DNA of 64,000 bases from Anthoceros angustus. Taxonomy: Eukaryota; Plantae; Anthocerotophyta. The notes beneath the pieces are model-generated. The model was not told where the DNA came from and did no database searches. It saw only the letters and a list, made by a program, of their open reading frames with translations. The stretch is taken from the NCBI GenBank assembly GCA_010909165.1, contig VJWM01000182.1, positions 310,001-374,000 on the forward strand, written 5' to 3'. The position numbers and the translations under genes are program-made. Shown piece by piece: positions 22,384 to 38,699 of the stretch. Numbering within the stretch: the stretch's first letter is position 1; each line of letters opens with the position of its first letter.

Positions 22384-24885
22384 ATGGATTCCTGCTGCTC
22401 CTGCTTCACCACCCGCGTTGAGTCAGGCGTTTTTGTGGGCAGATCCGCCACCCGTTTGCATGTCGGAAAAGTGTCTCGTCGTCCACCTGCTGCCAGTGCG
22501 TGCAGTGCAGGCATCGGCAATGAGGTCCCAGTCATCTGTAACTCCACCACTCGCAATGCCTTGCGCAGCACCACGTCCTGTGTGAGCAGCAGGAGCAGGA
22601 GCAGGACACACGGTGAGGCAGTTCGAGGCAAAGTGAGAGACCGACGTCAGGGACTACCACATGGGTCTCGCTCCGGGAGCGCACTGCAGTGCTTGGGCCC
22701 AAGAAAGGAGGTCGAGCAAGATCGTGCGGCCGTCCAGGTCGACGGCATCGAGCTGGACGAGGGCCTGTTGTTGGAGTGCTTGAAGAAGATAGACTCGTCC
22801 CAGCAGGAGCTGACAAATCTGTTGAAGGAGGTGTGCCACCAGGTGGCCACGGACACGGATTGTCCCGCCGAAACGGGCGCTGGAGGAACGGGGTTTTTGG
22901 AAGGGATTGGATTCTTGGCGCCACCTTCTTCCGCGCGCTCGTCTTGTTCGTGTGAGTCAGCAGGCCTGGTGCATGCGGAGAGCCAGCCGCATTGTTTTGG
23001 AGGACAGTCGGTTTCCGATCCGCCTCGGGAGGATCTGGACTACTCTTACTCTGACAACTACGACAGCGACATGGAGCAGCAGCGGAAGGAAGAGGGAGTA
23101 GCTGGAGATTCCAGTTTGGAGCAGGGAGGGGATGCCGGCGGCACCAAGTCCCCTCAGGTTCTGGAGCAGCTCACGGCCACCTTCAGTGACCTGGACTCGG
23201 CCCTTGGTGACATCAACTCGTCGCTCAAGCAGCTCAACTTCTCGCCGGCCGACTCCAGAGTCTTCTCCTCTCCCGACGAGGTGAGCTCCATGCCGGAGGA
23301 GGTGAATTTCTCCTCCAACCACCCCTACGATCCGCACAGGCCGAGTTTCAGCCCGCTGCTTCCGGAGAGCTACAGGCCGTATCCCTCCTTCGAGGGCTGG
23401 TTCATCAGGCTGCTGGATCCGGAGGAGCGGCTGAGTGTGGGATTGATCATGGCCACCAATTATGCCACCAACGAGAGCCAGGTTACGCTGCTCTATTGCC
23501 CCTCCACCTTCCAGCCTCCTCCTACTCCCAGTGCGGAAGCACGCAGGGAAGATCCGGAACCGTCGGGGTATGATGATACAGCGGATCCAAGTCGAGTGCC
23601 AGCTAAAACCATTGCAGTGGCTGGCATGACAAAGGTGCGTTTCTCTCCAGGCTTTCACCGCTACATGTATCCATCATGGGGCCAGCAGGCCCATGGCGTT
23701 ATGCATCTTTGATTGGCTACGCAGGAGGCACGCTTCACCCAACTCCAACACGATGCCCAAGCTGAGAACAAGGATGCGAGCGCATGTGGAATTGCAGGAT
23801 TTGAATGGGAAGCCCATGGGCTCGGCAAGATTACAGCCAAGCCTCACGAGACCAATATAGATGTGGCTGTTGGAGGCTACCACTTCAAAGCCCATCTCAC
23901 CAAAGAGGTACTGCTGTATGCACAATCTCAATCTTTCAACTCAACCGTAGGCTCATCGATTGCTTCATGAACGTGATTGTCACCTCCTGTAAACACGTAC
24001 CTGTAGATAATGTGGAACGAGGAAAAGTCCGAGGCTGGCCCCGAAGGTTGGGCAAGGAAAGTACCTCTCTTCCCTACTCACTGGTATGTCTACAGTCTAG
24101 GATCGACAGCCCAGTACGAGCTCACAAACTCGGAAGCGGGGATCCACCACAAGGGCACTGGGTTTGCACATCAAGAGAAGAACTGGGGTGAGACATTCCC
24201 TGCTGGCCATGTTTGGCTGCAGGCTATGTCACCCAACAACGACGCGCAGGTAGCCATCACACTTCCATACGCAAGGCATGTGGAACAGGCTCTAACGGAA
24301 GCACTCCTCTCTGGCAGCTGGTACTCTCAGGCGCTTACTTCCATGGTCCGGGTGGTCTGAAGCTGCCGTATGTGTTCGCTGGAGGTCTCCGGTTGCCTAC
24401 CATCAAGCTGGACCTGCGAACCAACGACCCTGGAACCGTCTTCAAGGACTTCAAAGTGTCACCCCTCGATGGCTACTTCGAAGTAACTGCAGTCACAGCG
24501 TCACATACCGTTGTGGTGGGTGTTACCCTCTCTCGTCCTTACCCACCTTTCCCCACCACCCTTCCATGCATGACCTGTGTGCTCCCTCATGGCATGGCAG
24601 GTCAAGGGCTCTGCTCCACCATCTACTTTCTCCAACGCCATCCTGGCGCCCATCGGCAAAGTAGACTGGAAGCCCGCCTGTCGAGAATCTTACCTGGCTC
24701 AAGCCGAGGTCGAAATTTACGAACACATAGCGTGGGGAATCGTGGGCAAGGAGAAGCTGGTAGAGACACGAAGCTTCAGCTATGCTGCACTGGAGTTCGG
24801 AGAAGACATGCTGGAGAAAGCTCGGCAGCAGCTGCAGGAAGAGGCTGAGGAAGAGGAGGGACGGAGTCGAGAATTGACGGCCTGA
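22384..24885 (+). CDS. Divergent tocopherol-cyclase (VTE1)-like protein with transit peptide and long N-terminal extension, multi-exon
   Basis: Motifs FEGWFIR, PTHWYV, HQEKNWGETFPAGHVWLQA and PACRESY...KLVETRSFSYAALEFG parallel VTE1 FEGWYF, PHWQ, EKNWGGxFPxKWFWVQC and ACRDSC..AAVEIGG. GT-AG introns are seen at e.g. 23635-23724 and 24250-24317. Confidence 0.8.
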
Positions 24886-25117
24886 CAGACATACCAATGT
24901 TGTAGATGACGTAGCTGGTAGACACAGCACCTCCTGTACACATGTGCCATAACTCTCTTCAGTGTGCATAGCCTACTCCACTGGCGAGTCAGAACTGACC
25001 TAGACGATCGAGCCGCGCGTTTTTTCGAACATGCACCATGCCAGTAGTATTCACGCCTGCTTTGGGCACCAGCAAGTCCTACCGGACTTGGAAAGGCAGA
25101 GCCGGCCTGTAGCTGCG

Positions 25118-28100
25118 ATGCGATATGCCGGCAGGCTGCTATCGAGCATCGCGTCATTGCCCTCTGATTGCTTGGCAGCAGCGCAAGCAGCACCGCGCGC
25201 ACCCGTGATCCGGCGGCCCTGCTTCCAGAAGCTCTCTGCTGGCAAGGCTGCCCCTTTCGGCAGCTCACGCTACCGGGTGCCGGCTCGCTGCCGGGCGGCA
25301 GAGGCGGAATCGGCGTCGTCTGAGTACCTTTTGTCGCTGCCCTCGCTCCCCATGGCCTCCGAGGAGGATGTCGGAATTCTCTGCTACACCAATTCCGTGC
25401 CCGGCTTCCAAGGGATTCTCAAGCAAAGGTGGGGAATTCGGCTCTCTGTGTGGGAGCGTGCAATGCTGTGCGGTGAACTCACCTGGCATGAATTTCCTTT
25501 CAGGTATGCGGATTTCATAGTGAACGAAGTGGACTTGAACGGGGATGTGGTTCACCTCACAGACCTGGAAGCCCCTGCTGACGAGGTATGAAGGGTTTCA
25601 AGAGTCTTGGAGTCGTGAAGGATTCCGAATTCCTTGCCACTCCGCGCTTACAGGTGTTGGCTACCTGTGTGGCAGATCACCAATGCTGAAAATTCGACCG
25701 CGCCAAGCGTAGCAGCGCTGGAGAAGGAGAATGGCAGTCAGGAAGACGGGTTGGATGTGGTGCAATCTAACGCAGTGCTTCTCGAGGAGTTCAGGGCTCT
25801 TGCAGGTGCCTCTAATGCGGAGCTTTTGGAGAAGACGCTTGCCGCCATAAGCTCGGGAGAAGTGGATGAGCTTTCGCCGATTGTGCTTGAACCTGATTCG
25901 GACAAGGCGCATCGCACCGTAAGACTTCTGTTTTGCTTCGTCGCACCGTCTTGTTCGGGTTAAATGTTGTGCTCATCACTTGTGGTGGATGTGAACGCTC
26001 CAGGCGGTCCATAACTTCTTCAAGAGCCGTGTACCGTCGTTGGTTACAGACACTGTGGATGGGCCGGACCAGACATCCAAGTGCATCCGTGTTAGGTACT
26101 GCGTGAGCAAACAGCAGAGGAGAGGGATGAGGGACAATGGGAGCGGAAAGAAACGGGGCAACGATTGGAGGAATAGGCCTGGTGACAGAAAGCGGCAGAA
26201 GGAAGACCAACCGTTTGATAAGAGAGGCTCAGACAGCTGGCCGATAGATCGTGAGAAACATTTGCAGTGAGTCACCGAATACTTTCCAGGGCGTCATGTC
26301 TAGGCTGAGCATTGCTTCCCTACAGGCATCTCATAATAGTCTCTCTTCTGCTCGTGCATCATCAGGTTCTATTTGTATAAGGAGAATAAGGACACACAAG
26401 ATGCGCTCTCAGTGATAGGACGAATGCTAGGAGTGCAGGTAAGCTGGCCATTTGGGAGTTCAGAGGCTGGATGCTGGCTTTGGAGGAGCATTCGAGTGCC
26501 CAGGCACCGACAATCGTGTCAAGTGATAATCCTGGTTTATTGCAGTCTAAATCCTTTGGTTTTGCTGGAACAAAGGACAAGAGAGCTGTCACGACTCAGA
26601 GGGTATGCCCTGCAATCATCTTTGTGATACTGATTGCTCCGTTCTGCTTGTCGTTGCCCACACCCTGCAGTACGCCCGTACTCTCAAGTATTTATGTGCC
26701 TCTCCTCTACTTTCAGCTGGCTGACATGGGTGTATGGCTGCAGGCAACTGTTTTCAAGCAGAGCGCAAAGAAGCTGGCTGCTTTGAATGATAGACTGTTT
26801 GGAATAAAGGTTGGAAACTTCAGGTGAGGATTTTCAAGTTTCGAGCAATATAGAAAACTGTGTCCTCTGCTCTTGCCTGATCATATCCTCATCTCTAGTA
26901 TGGCTTGTGTGATCCAGCTATGTGAAGGAGGGACTGGTCCTTGGTCAACTATCCGGAAATCGCTTTTCTATTACACTTCGGTAAGCCCACCTCACATGTG
27001 CAGTTGCTGTGCTCTTATGTGTCCCTTAGTATGTGGTTCTTATCAAGTGCAATTGCAGTGGTGTTGTTGCAGACACGGATGATGCAGTTATTCAAGCTGC
27101 TGAAGGGCTCAACAAGAGCGGTTTCATCAATTATTTTGGCCTGCAGGTACCTACCTTTCCTTGTATCTTAGTTCTCCAAGTGTCATCGTGGGCTGAGGAC
27201 TTGGGTCTTCACTCTTTAGGGTAAAGACCCAAGTCCCAAGACTCTTTAGATCCTTGCATGTAACCCAAAGTTCAGACATGAGGGGCGGGATACTGTATTC
27301 TTTTGCAGTTTTCCCTTGAATGTGCAGTTGAGTCAATGTGGCTTCTGTTGTCAGTTCTAAGGTATTTTCTTGGTCAGCGCTTCGGAAGTGGATCCGTAAC
27401 AACACACTCGGTTGGAGCTGCCCTATTTCGGGGGGAGTGGAAAGCAGCTGTGGAGCTTATTCTGTCACCGAGAGAGGGAGATATCCTTATTTATTTGCTT
27501 GACTGTGTGCACACACATTGATTTTCACCGGAATGCATTGTATTTTCGGGCTGCTTGTTTGAATATCCGTGGTTATGGTTGCTTGCCTTTTACCTCAAGT
27601 GCACAGATTCCAGCGATTGCAGAAGCTCGAAATTACTACAAGAAAACAAAGAACATTGAGGGGACCTTGATCCGGATGCCTCGATACCTGCTGGCAGAGA
27701 GGGCAATTGTAAGTACACGGGCCTCCTGGTTTGGCGCTATTGAGCTTGATTGCTGTCAGTGCTTATGTTGCAGGTCATGCTTCAACAATCTGTTCCAGCT
27801 TAGAGGGTTCATTTTGGTCCAATGTGGTCCATGCTGCCTGCAGCTTGTCAGCTTGAAGAAAAGCCCAGGAAATTACCTCCAAGCGATTACGGCTATCCCT
27901 AGACCAATTCGGCTCTTGTAAGTTCTGGTTCTTCTTTCTCATGTTTCCTTGCGAGCACTTTAAGGGTCCACATAGGACCAGTTGGCAGGCCCTGATCTTG
28001 CTTGTCATTTATCAACAGGTATGTACACAGCTACCAGAGCTTCCTCTGGAATCATGCTGCTAGTTTTCGAGCTACAAAATATGGTACAGCTATGGCTTCC

Positions 28101-29497
28101 ATGGGGACCTACTTGGGGTGGAGCCAGCATGTGTCACTTCTTCTCAGATGTGATTGCCTGCTACAGGTGTGGAGAATGTTGTTGAAGGGGACGTGGTCTG
28201 GTCAGAGGAAGTCGATGTGAACACTGCCAGTGAAGCGTTGAAAGAGGATGCTGACCACGTTACTATTGATGAGGGGATGGGTACAATAGACTCTGATGTC
28301 ATATTGGGTGACACTGATTTTGCGGGAGATGCACCTGGGCAACATCGACAAGCAAAAGTAGAGATTTGATGCAATTACAAGCACCGATTACTCTAGGTTG
28401 ACAAGTATCTCCTGTTGTAGTCTAACTTCCTTTAATAGCTTGTGACAGCTGAAGATGTTTCATCCGGGAAGTACAGCATTCGAGATGTTTTACTGCCTTT
28501 ACCAGGGTATGTGTGTGTCCCACATATGGGTACTCAATCCTTAGTGAAGTGAGTACTTGTCCCCATTGCGTGCCTAAAAGGATGTGTTTGTGAGAAAATG
28601 AGTCAAGGTGCTGGCATTTGCAGGTCAATGATCTTGTACCCAGGAAATGAAACAGCGGACGTGTACCAGGAGCTGGCCACCAAGGTTGGGTTTTGTTTGA
28701 TACTATCTATCGAAGTCTTTAAGTGTTGCTGTTGCAGACAGGTGTGTCCGACACTGACACCGTTCCTTTTTCAGGACTCATTGGACTTGAAGGCTAGCAA
28801 GCATAATGTCAAGTAAATTCTTTTGCTCTTGAGCTTGCTGCCGAGTCATTTTTCTGTAGTACATTATCAGTGGTGGATGTCAGGGGCGTCAATTAGTGGG
28901 AGATGGATCATGAACTCTCTCCAACTCGTGCTTGGAATGCAGGGAGTTCTCTATCACCAGTGTGGCTGGAGGCTATCGACATCTTTTGCAAAGGCCTATA
29001 GAGCTAGAGTGGTGAGTTAGTGGTGTTTTTCCGTGAATGCCCTCAGCTTCATGGTGGTGGTGGTGTGATGCAAACAGCCACAAACGTGGATGTTGGCTGA
29101 TGGCAGGAAGCTTGTAAAGTACTCAGACCCAACAATAGCACTGGCCGAAACAGACTTGGACACGATCGTGAAGAAAGGAGGGGCAGCACCCCGCCCTAGC
29201 CACGACCACAGCGGCGTCGGGACTGAAGCAGGTTCAGCAGATCAGAAAAGGGCATTGCAGCTGAGCTTCACACTTCCGTCGTCGTGCTATGCGACAATGG
29301 TGATTCGCGAACTTTTGAAGACATCAACATCGGTGAGCCATGGCCTTGCCCCTCCCACTCGTGGTCCCAATTGTGTTTCTTCAAGGTTGGTGAGCCCAAG
29401 TGCCTTGCCATGCACGCAGGTCGCTTTCCACAAGAGTCTGAACCCAAGCCACCAAGATGACGAGGCCCCAGCTGTTGATGGGAGTGCAGTACCGTAA
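25118..29497 (+). CDS. PUS7: TruD-family pseudouridine synthase (PUS7), multi-exon
   Basis: Motifs GILKQR|YADFIVNE, LYKENKDT, catalytic FAGTKDKRAVTTQR, GFINYFGLQ|RFG and FTLPSSCYATMVIRELLK. It has an organelle-type presequence and many short introns. Confidence 0.95.
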
Positions 29498-31058
29498 TGG
29501 GCCTCCCGCCACTGGCAGGAATGTTGCATGGGTTCTTGCTTTGGAGATGAGACGTGTTGGAGCCCAGCGGACATGGATTAGGTTAGAAAAGGAGAGGTGT
29601 GTGTGAGAGAGTTGCCCCTAGGCCAAGCCTAGCCTAGGGGGGCAGAGACAGTGGTTAGCGCTGTTGTGGATGGGAAATGTTTGATGAGGGCCTGACAGAC
29701 TACAAGACAAGACATTCAGACAAGGCAAGGCAGGTGGTTGCCGGCGAAAAAGGAGGAGCCACGGCGTGGCGCGATGTTTCCCTTGTTCCTCTCTCAGGTA
29801 TGTAGAAGATAACAGTAATCACTCCACGCCAAGCAGGTGGCTTTTGGATTATCGCGGACGCGGCGTCCTGCTGCTGGCTTCCTTTTATGTAGCTGGTTGA
29901 GCCACAATTACGGGATGTGGGGCTGTGGAAGTTGTGAGCAATGCTGCCATGCTGATCTCTTAGTAGCCATCCGATACCCGACATGCACCGCTTTGTTTAC
30001 GTCCGTGGGAGTTTAGCTCGCACTCGAAATTGAATTTGGCAATAAACCTGTCACCGAAGCTGCGCAGGCTCGGGCGCAGGGCACAGGCCCGGGGCCAGTG
30101 GACGAGCCCGAGTTCAGGCAAGTCTCTTCTTTCTCGCCTGATGCTCTTCTGGTCCCTGCTGTTCCCCGCTCCGCTCCTCTCCGCTCTTCCCTGCCTGCCT
30201 TTTATCCTGCCTGCCTTCCTCCCAGTCTTCCTTCCTCCATCGCCCATCCCCTCCGTGGGGTGAGCCCCGCCGCCCGCCCCGTGGCCGCTGTCCCCGCCGC
30301 CGGAAGGCAGCCAGCAGGAGCAGCAAAAGGAGAAGGAGAAGGGGAAGGGGAAGAGGAAGAGGAAGAGGAAGAGGAAGCGGAAGAGGAAGAGGAAGAGGAT
30401 GCAAGCACCCGGAGGTGCGGCTGGGCTCGCACCCCGGGCGGCAGCAGGTGTTGCTCCCCTCTCTGTCTCTGCGCGCCCACCGGCCTCGCCATTTCCTCTG
30501 TACAGGCTTTGATCTCCTCCTCCCTTGCTGGTGCCAGCAGGCAGAGCGCGGGTGTAACTGCCGCGCCGCGGCGGTGAGCAGGCAGCACAGCACAGCACAG
30601 CACAGCGCAGCTAGGGAGCAACATTCAGGCAGCACCGTGGTGGCAATTGCCTCCAATTCGGGCGCGGTAGCGGCATCCCAGCCTGGCAGCCCTGTCGCTT
30701 CTTGACGACGCCACGGGCCGGCACGAGGCCAGGCGAGCAGAGGAGAGGGCAGCAGGAGCAGCCGGGGCATGCTCGTCCCTGCACGCCGCAACGCTGGGGG
30801 ACAGGCTGCTCGTCGCTCAATGTCCCGGCCTGGGCGCTGCCTGCTGGGGGCCGCAGCAGCACCCTAGCGCCATTGCGGCCGCCCCGGGCCCGGGCCCGGG
30901 CCAGGACGCCCTTCACCAGCAGCAGCAGCTCGAGAGCACAGCGGCAGCAGCGGCGGCGGCTGCAGCCTGGTGGGCCCGGCCCGGCAGCAGAGTCTGGAAA
31001 AGTGGAGGGCGCCTGGGGAGTGAGCGAGCCTTGGAATGGGGGCCGGCCCGGGAGGAAG

Positions 31059-34949
<3,891 letters not shown>

Positions 34950-36626
34950 ACCATGGCTGACATGATGCTCCTGGTAGCGGATCTCCACTGGGACAAATCA
35001 AGAGCTCCTTGTGACAGCCTTTAGCCCATTACTCCTGTTGGAAAGAATGGTCATCTCAGGCCTCTAGTGCTCATATGATGAAGCAGGTGATGAGCGATGC
35101 CCTACAAAAAGTGCATGTGAGTTAGGGCCCTTTACACCTGAGATGTAGGCTGATGTGAGACCAGACATGCGGCGAAGGAGTTGTGGGTGTTGAGGGCAGG
35201 CAGGTCATACCGATAAAAGGCAAACGTGAGACGGGATGCTTCTTGTACAGAAACATGGTGTACCTTGGGCATGGGCTGCCTACTCCGTCAAGGACAGGTG
35301 CATCATCCCATTCATTCCAGATGTGCCTGTTTGAGCTTCAGGAAGATATTCAAGGGGTTGCAATGGCAGCAACATTGCGAAGAAAGCGTCCATAACCAGC
35401 GTATGTGTTCATATTGATTGTAGAATATTGTGGAGAAGTCCATTGTTTCGAATGAGTTCAGTAGCAGTGGTGATCTACACGGCAGATTGTGTAGGAGAAG
35501 CTGGCCATTTGTTTGTTGCAAGCTGAAATGGCCAGTTGTATGAGTAGGCAGGCAGACCCATTTCCAGTGTGAAGGCGCTGGGAAGATGATGAGAAGCAGG
35601 ATGTTGTAAATTGCCGGGTGGTGAAATGTGCGCTGCTGTATTGAAGAGGTGGTTGTGCATCCATGATTCCATACGTGGTGCGGGCTGTGTGGCCGTCCGT
35701 GAAAGTCAAAGTCGTTCCTGTAGCCGTTGCGAATTGGCATGCCACTAGTGTACAGTACGCCGTCATCGATGCGCAGTGATCTTAGATGGCATCCTCTTAT
35801 TGTCCTCCTTGAGAGGCTTCCCTGTTGTTAGGTGACAGGTCCGGCTCTGATTGGTGGAGAGTCTGGTGTAACGGGAGTTTAACGTTGGTAGTTAATCTCG
35901 GGGTTCTGGAAAGTGTGGTCGACGACGCTCGAGCCCCGAGGTGATGGCGGTCGTGCTTTATCTTCTCCTGGCGGCATGCTCCTGGACGGCGGTTAAGCGT
36001 CCGCAGAGCAAGCAACGGGCGTGTGAACTTAGTAGCATGTGCAAAAGCGAGGGAGTCACGTTACCAGCTGGATCGCCTTGGCGCTCACATACATGCGAGC
36101 AAGCTTTGCCTTGTGTTGGGGTTCAGTCATCCTGTCAGTGGGTCAGTGTCACATGTACCGCCGACACCGCTAGCCAGCCAGCCAGCTGCGAGATGAGAGC
36201 GCCAGCCACTGCCCCGGCCCCGGCCCCGGCCCCAGGCGCAAGGGCGACTCGTGCGCTGCCAGCCGCAAGCCCAAGCATGTTTTGAACTTGTGAGAGAGAA
36301 GACCGAGCCCGGGGGCGAGCCCAAGACTGTCTGCCTGCCCATCATCTTCCTCGGACTTCCTCCCGCCCTTGCTTCCTGGGTGCAGCGGAGTGCGGCCGCC
36401 GCTCCTCGTCCCACCTAAGAGCTGCGAGCTGCAATGCAATGGCGGGATCCGACAAGGCAAGCTGGGCTCGCGCAACAGCACTCCGCCCACTACCAGTACG
36501 GATGGAGCTCAGCTAGTGCTGCTGCACGCTCCCGCATGCGGATGTCCTCCCCGCCTCCGATCTGAGAAGCTCGGGAGCTTCACCGGCTGCATTGCTCGCT
36601 GCTGGTGCAAGGCGTGAAGGGCCAGC

Positions 36627-37934
36627 ATGGAGAGGCCGCGGGGCCACCTCACTTCCTTCTTGCTCCTGCCTCTGCTTCTGCTGCTGCTGCTGCTGAGTGC
36701 GGGGATAGTGCAGGGGCAGCCTCCCCCGGCGGCTCCTCCCTTCAACGCGAGCACGCCCCTGGACCCGGCCCAGGTGGACACCTTGCAGGCGCTGGGGGTG
36801 ACGGTGACGGGGAATCCGTGCGTGACGCAGACGGACATTGTGGGCTGCGACCAAAGCACGCCGGTGAGGCATGTGACGCGGCTGTTGCTGAAGCTGTGCA
36901 CGCAGGGCGTGCCCAAGACGACCGCCGACGATCTCCGGAGCCTCTACACTCTCAAGGACCTCACCTTCCAGAACTGCCCCTTCCGGGACTTCCCCGTGCC
37001 AGCGGAGCTGCTCAGCTCCGTCACCAGCCTCAAGGTGTCTGCGAGCCTGGGCCGCACCATCAGCGATGGCGTCACTGTGCCCGGGCTCCCGGGAACGTGG
37101 CTGGCAAAGTGGTACAATCTGGTGGCGCTGGATGTGGAGGACGTGCTGGTGAACGCCTCCTCGCTGAGCATCATCGTGAACAACATGACCCACGCGGAGA
37201 ACATCAAGTTCTCCAGCACGGGGCTGGGCGGGGACCTGTCCACCGTTTTCTGGCCGACCAACCTCACCAGGCTTGACCTCTCCGCCAACCTCGTCAATGG
37301 CAGCATCCCGGCGGCTCTGGGCGGGCGGACCAAGCTCAACACCGTCGACCTTAGCGATAACAGGATCAGTGGTGTGCTCCCGGATCCGCTCGGGGAGCTC
37401 TTCCTGCTCCAGACCCTGGCGGTGGCCAACAACTTCCTCACCGGGAACTTCCCGCCCAGCTTCGCCAACCTCACCAGCCTCCAAGTGCTGGATACCAGCG
37501 GGAACCAGCTCAACGGCAGCCTGCCGGCGTTCCTCAACCAGCTCCCGAATCTGCGGTCCCTGGACGTGCGCAACAACAGCTTCAGCGGGCCGCTGCCCTT
37601 CAACTCCACCGTCATCGCCGGGTTATCGCTGCAGACGGATGGGAACCCGGAGCTCTGCTACAACTCCACCCTCTTGTCGGCCACGCCTGTGGGCGGGCTG
37701 CAGCCGTGCGGGCCGGACGGCCTGCCGCCGCTCTCCTCGCCCTCGGGCTTCCTCGGCCCTACTTCGGCTCCGGCTCCCGGGCCCTTGCCCGCCAGCGGAG
37801 CTTCGCACCACAAGAAGAAGAAGGGTCCTAAGATCATCGTGGTGGCTGTGGCCACCTCCCTGGCCGCCATTATCATCATAATCGTGGCCATCATCTGCGT
37901 CTCCAGATGGTGTGCTGCCAAGGATTACGAGTGA
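36627..37934 (+). CDS. LRR receptor-like protein, SNC2/RLP51/RLP55 type, single exon
   Basis: 435 aa with a signal peptide, PLDPAQ..L..L...NPC, LRRs, LPFNST....GNPELCYN, a Pro-rich stalk, KKKKGPK followed by a TM helix, and a short tail SRWCAAKDYE. The architecture matches my recollection of Arabidopsis SNC2/RLP51. Confidence 0.9.
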   Translation: MERPRGHLTSFLLLPLLLLLLLLSAGIVQGQPPPAAPPFNASTPLDPAQVDTLQALGVTVTGNPCVTQTDIVGCDQSTPVRHVTRLLLKLCTQGVPKTTADDLRSLYTLKDLTFQNCPFRDFPVPAELLSSVTSLKVSASLGRTISDGVTVPGLPGTWLAKWYNLVALDVEDVLVNASSLSIIVNNMTHAENIKFSSTGLGGDLSTVFWPTNLTRLDLSANLVNGSIPAALGGRTKLNTVDLSDNRISGVLPDPLGELFLLQTLAVANNFLTGNFPPSFANLTSLQVLDTSGNQLNGSLPAFLNQLPNLRSLDVRNNSFSGPLPFNSTVIAGLSLQTDGNPELCYNSTLLSATPVGGLQPCGPDGLPPLSSPSGFLGPTSAPAPGPLPASGASHHKKKKGPKIIVVAVATSLAAIIIIIVAIICVSRWCAAKDYE

Positions 37935-38699
37935 CAGTACGCACTTGCTTGCTGCCTTCTCTCCTGTTTCAATTTCGATTCTTAAGCTTCTTCTTCCTTG
38001 CTTTTATGCTGGTGGAGGGAGGCCGTAATTTATTTTAGATGTATACATATCATGTATCTGTTTCGTGAGCTGGTGACCAGGATGTTGTCTCTTTTAAGCC
38101 AACACTTCAGTTCAGTCCCCTCTTCCTCCAGATTCAAGTTGTTTACAACAGGAAGGAATCGTTGCATCCGCTGCAAGAACCTGAGCATGAAGGTCCAGCT
38201 CCAGTTCGCACCGCTGCTGTCTCTATGACATCAAGCGGACGGTAAAGAGAGGTGCTACAAGCTTCTCCCTGTCAAAACCCCACACAACACGCGCACACAC
38301 ATTGAATTGAAAAGCTGACCAGTTTATCAGCCCCGCATGCTTGCTTCCATTCATTGCGGTTACTGCACACAAAATGCTGCGTGCCTGCACGCAAAGAACA
38401 CTGCCTTTGGCCTTCGCCAAACAAGGTGGGACTAAAACAGTTCCAGGTTTACTAATTACAACAAGACCCCCAATAAAGAAAATGGAGGGACTGTACGCCT
38501 ATTGGCGGGGGCCCATAAAATTAAAGGATAGAAAAACACACAAAAGCTGTGCAGCGAGGCAAACATTGATCCTGCCTTGGATGAGAGAGATCAGCCGTTC
38601 TACTTGCCCGACCAATCAAAGATACAACAGTCCCGGCCATGTACAATCACGCGCGTGACAATAGTGGCATGGACAGAATGATTCCGCCACATGTTTGTT

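Noticed and set aside
29960-30791. Overlapping low-complexity ORFs upstream of GDH
   Set aside because: They are driven by (GAAGAG)n and GC-rich sequence, most likely 5' UTR or promoter; there is no domain evidence.
35000-36500. Possible small gene between GDH and the LRR-RLP
   Set aside because: Only short ORFs without motifs or a consistent exon chain were found.
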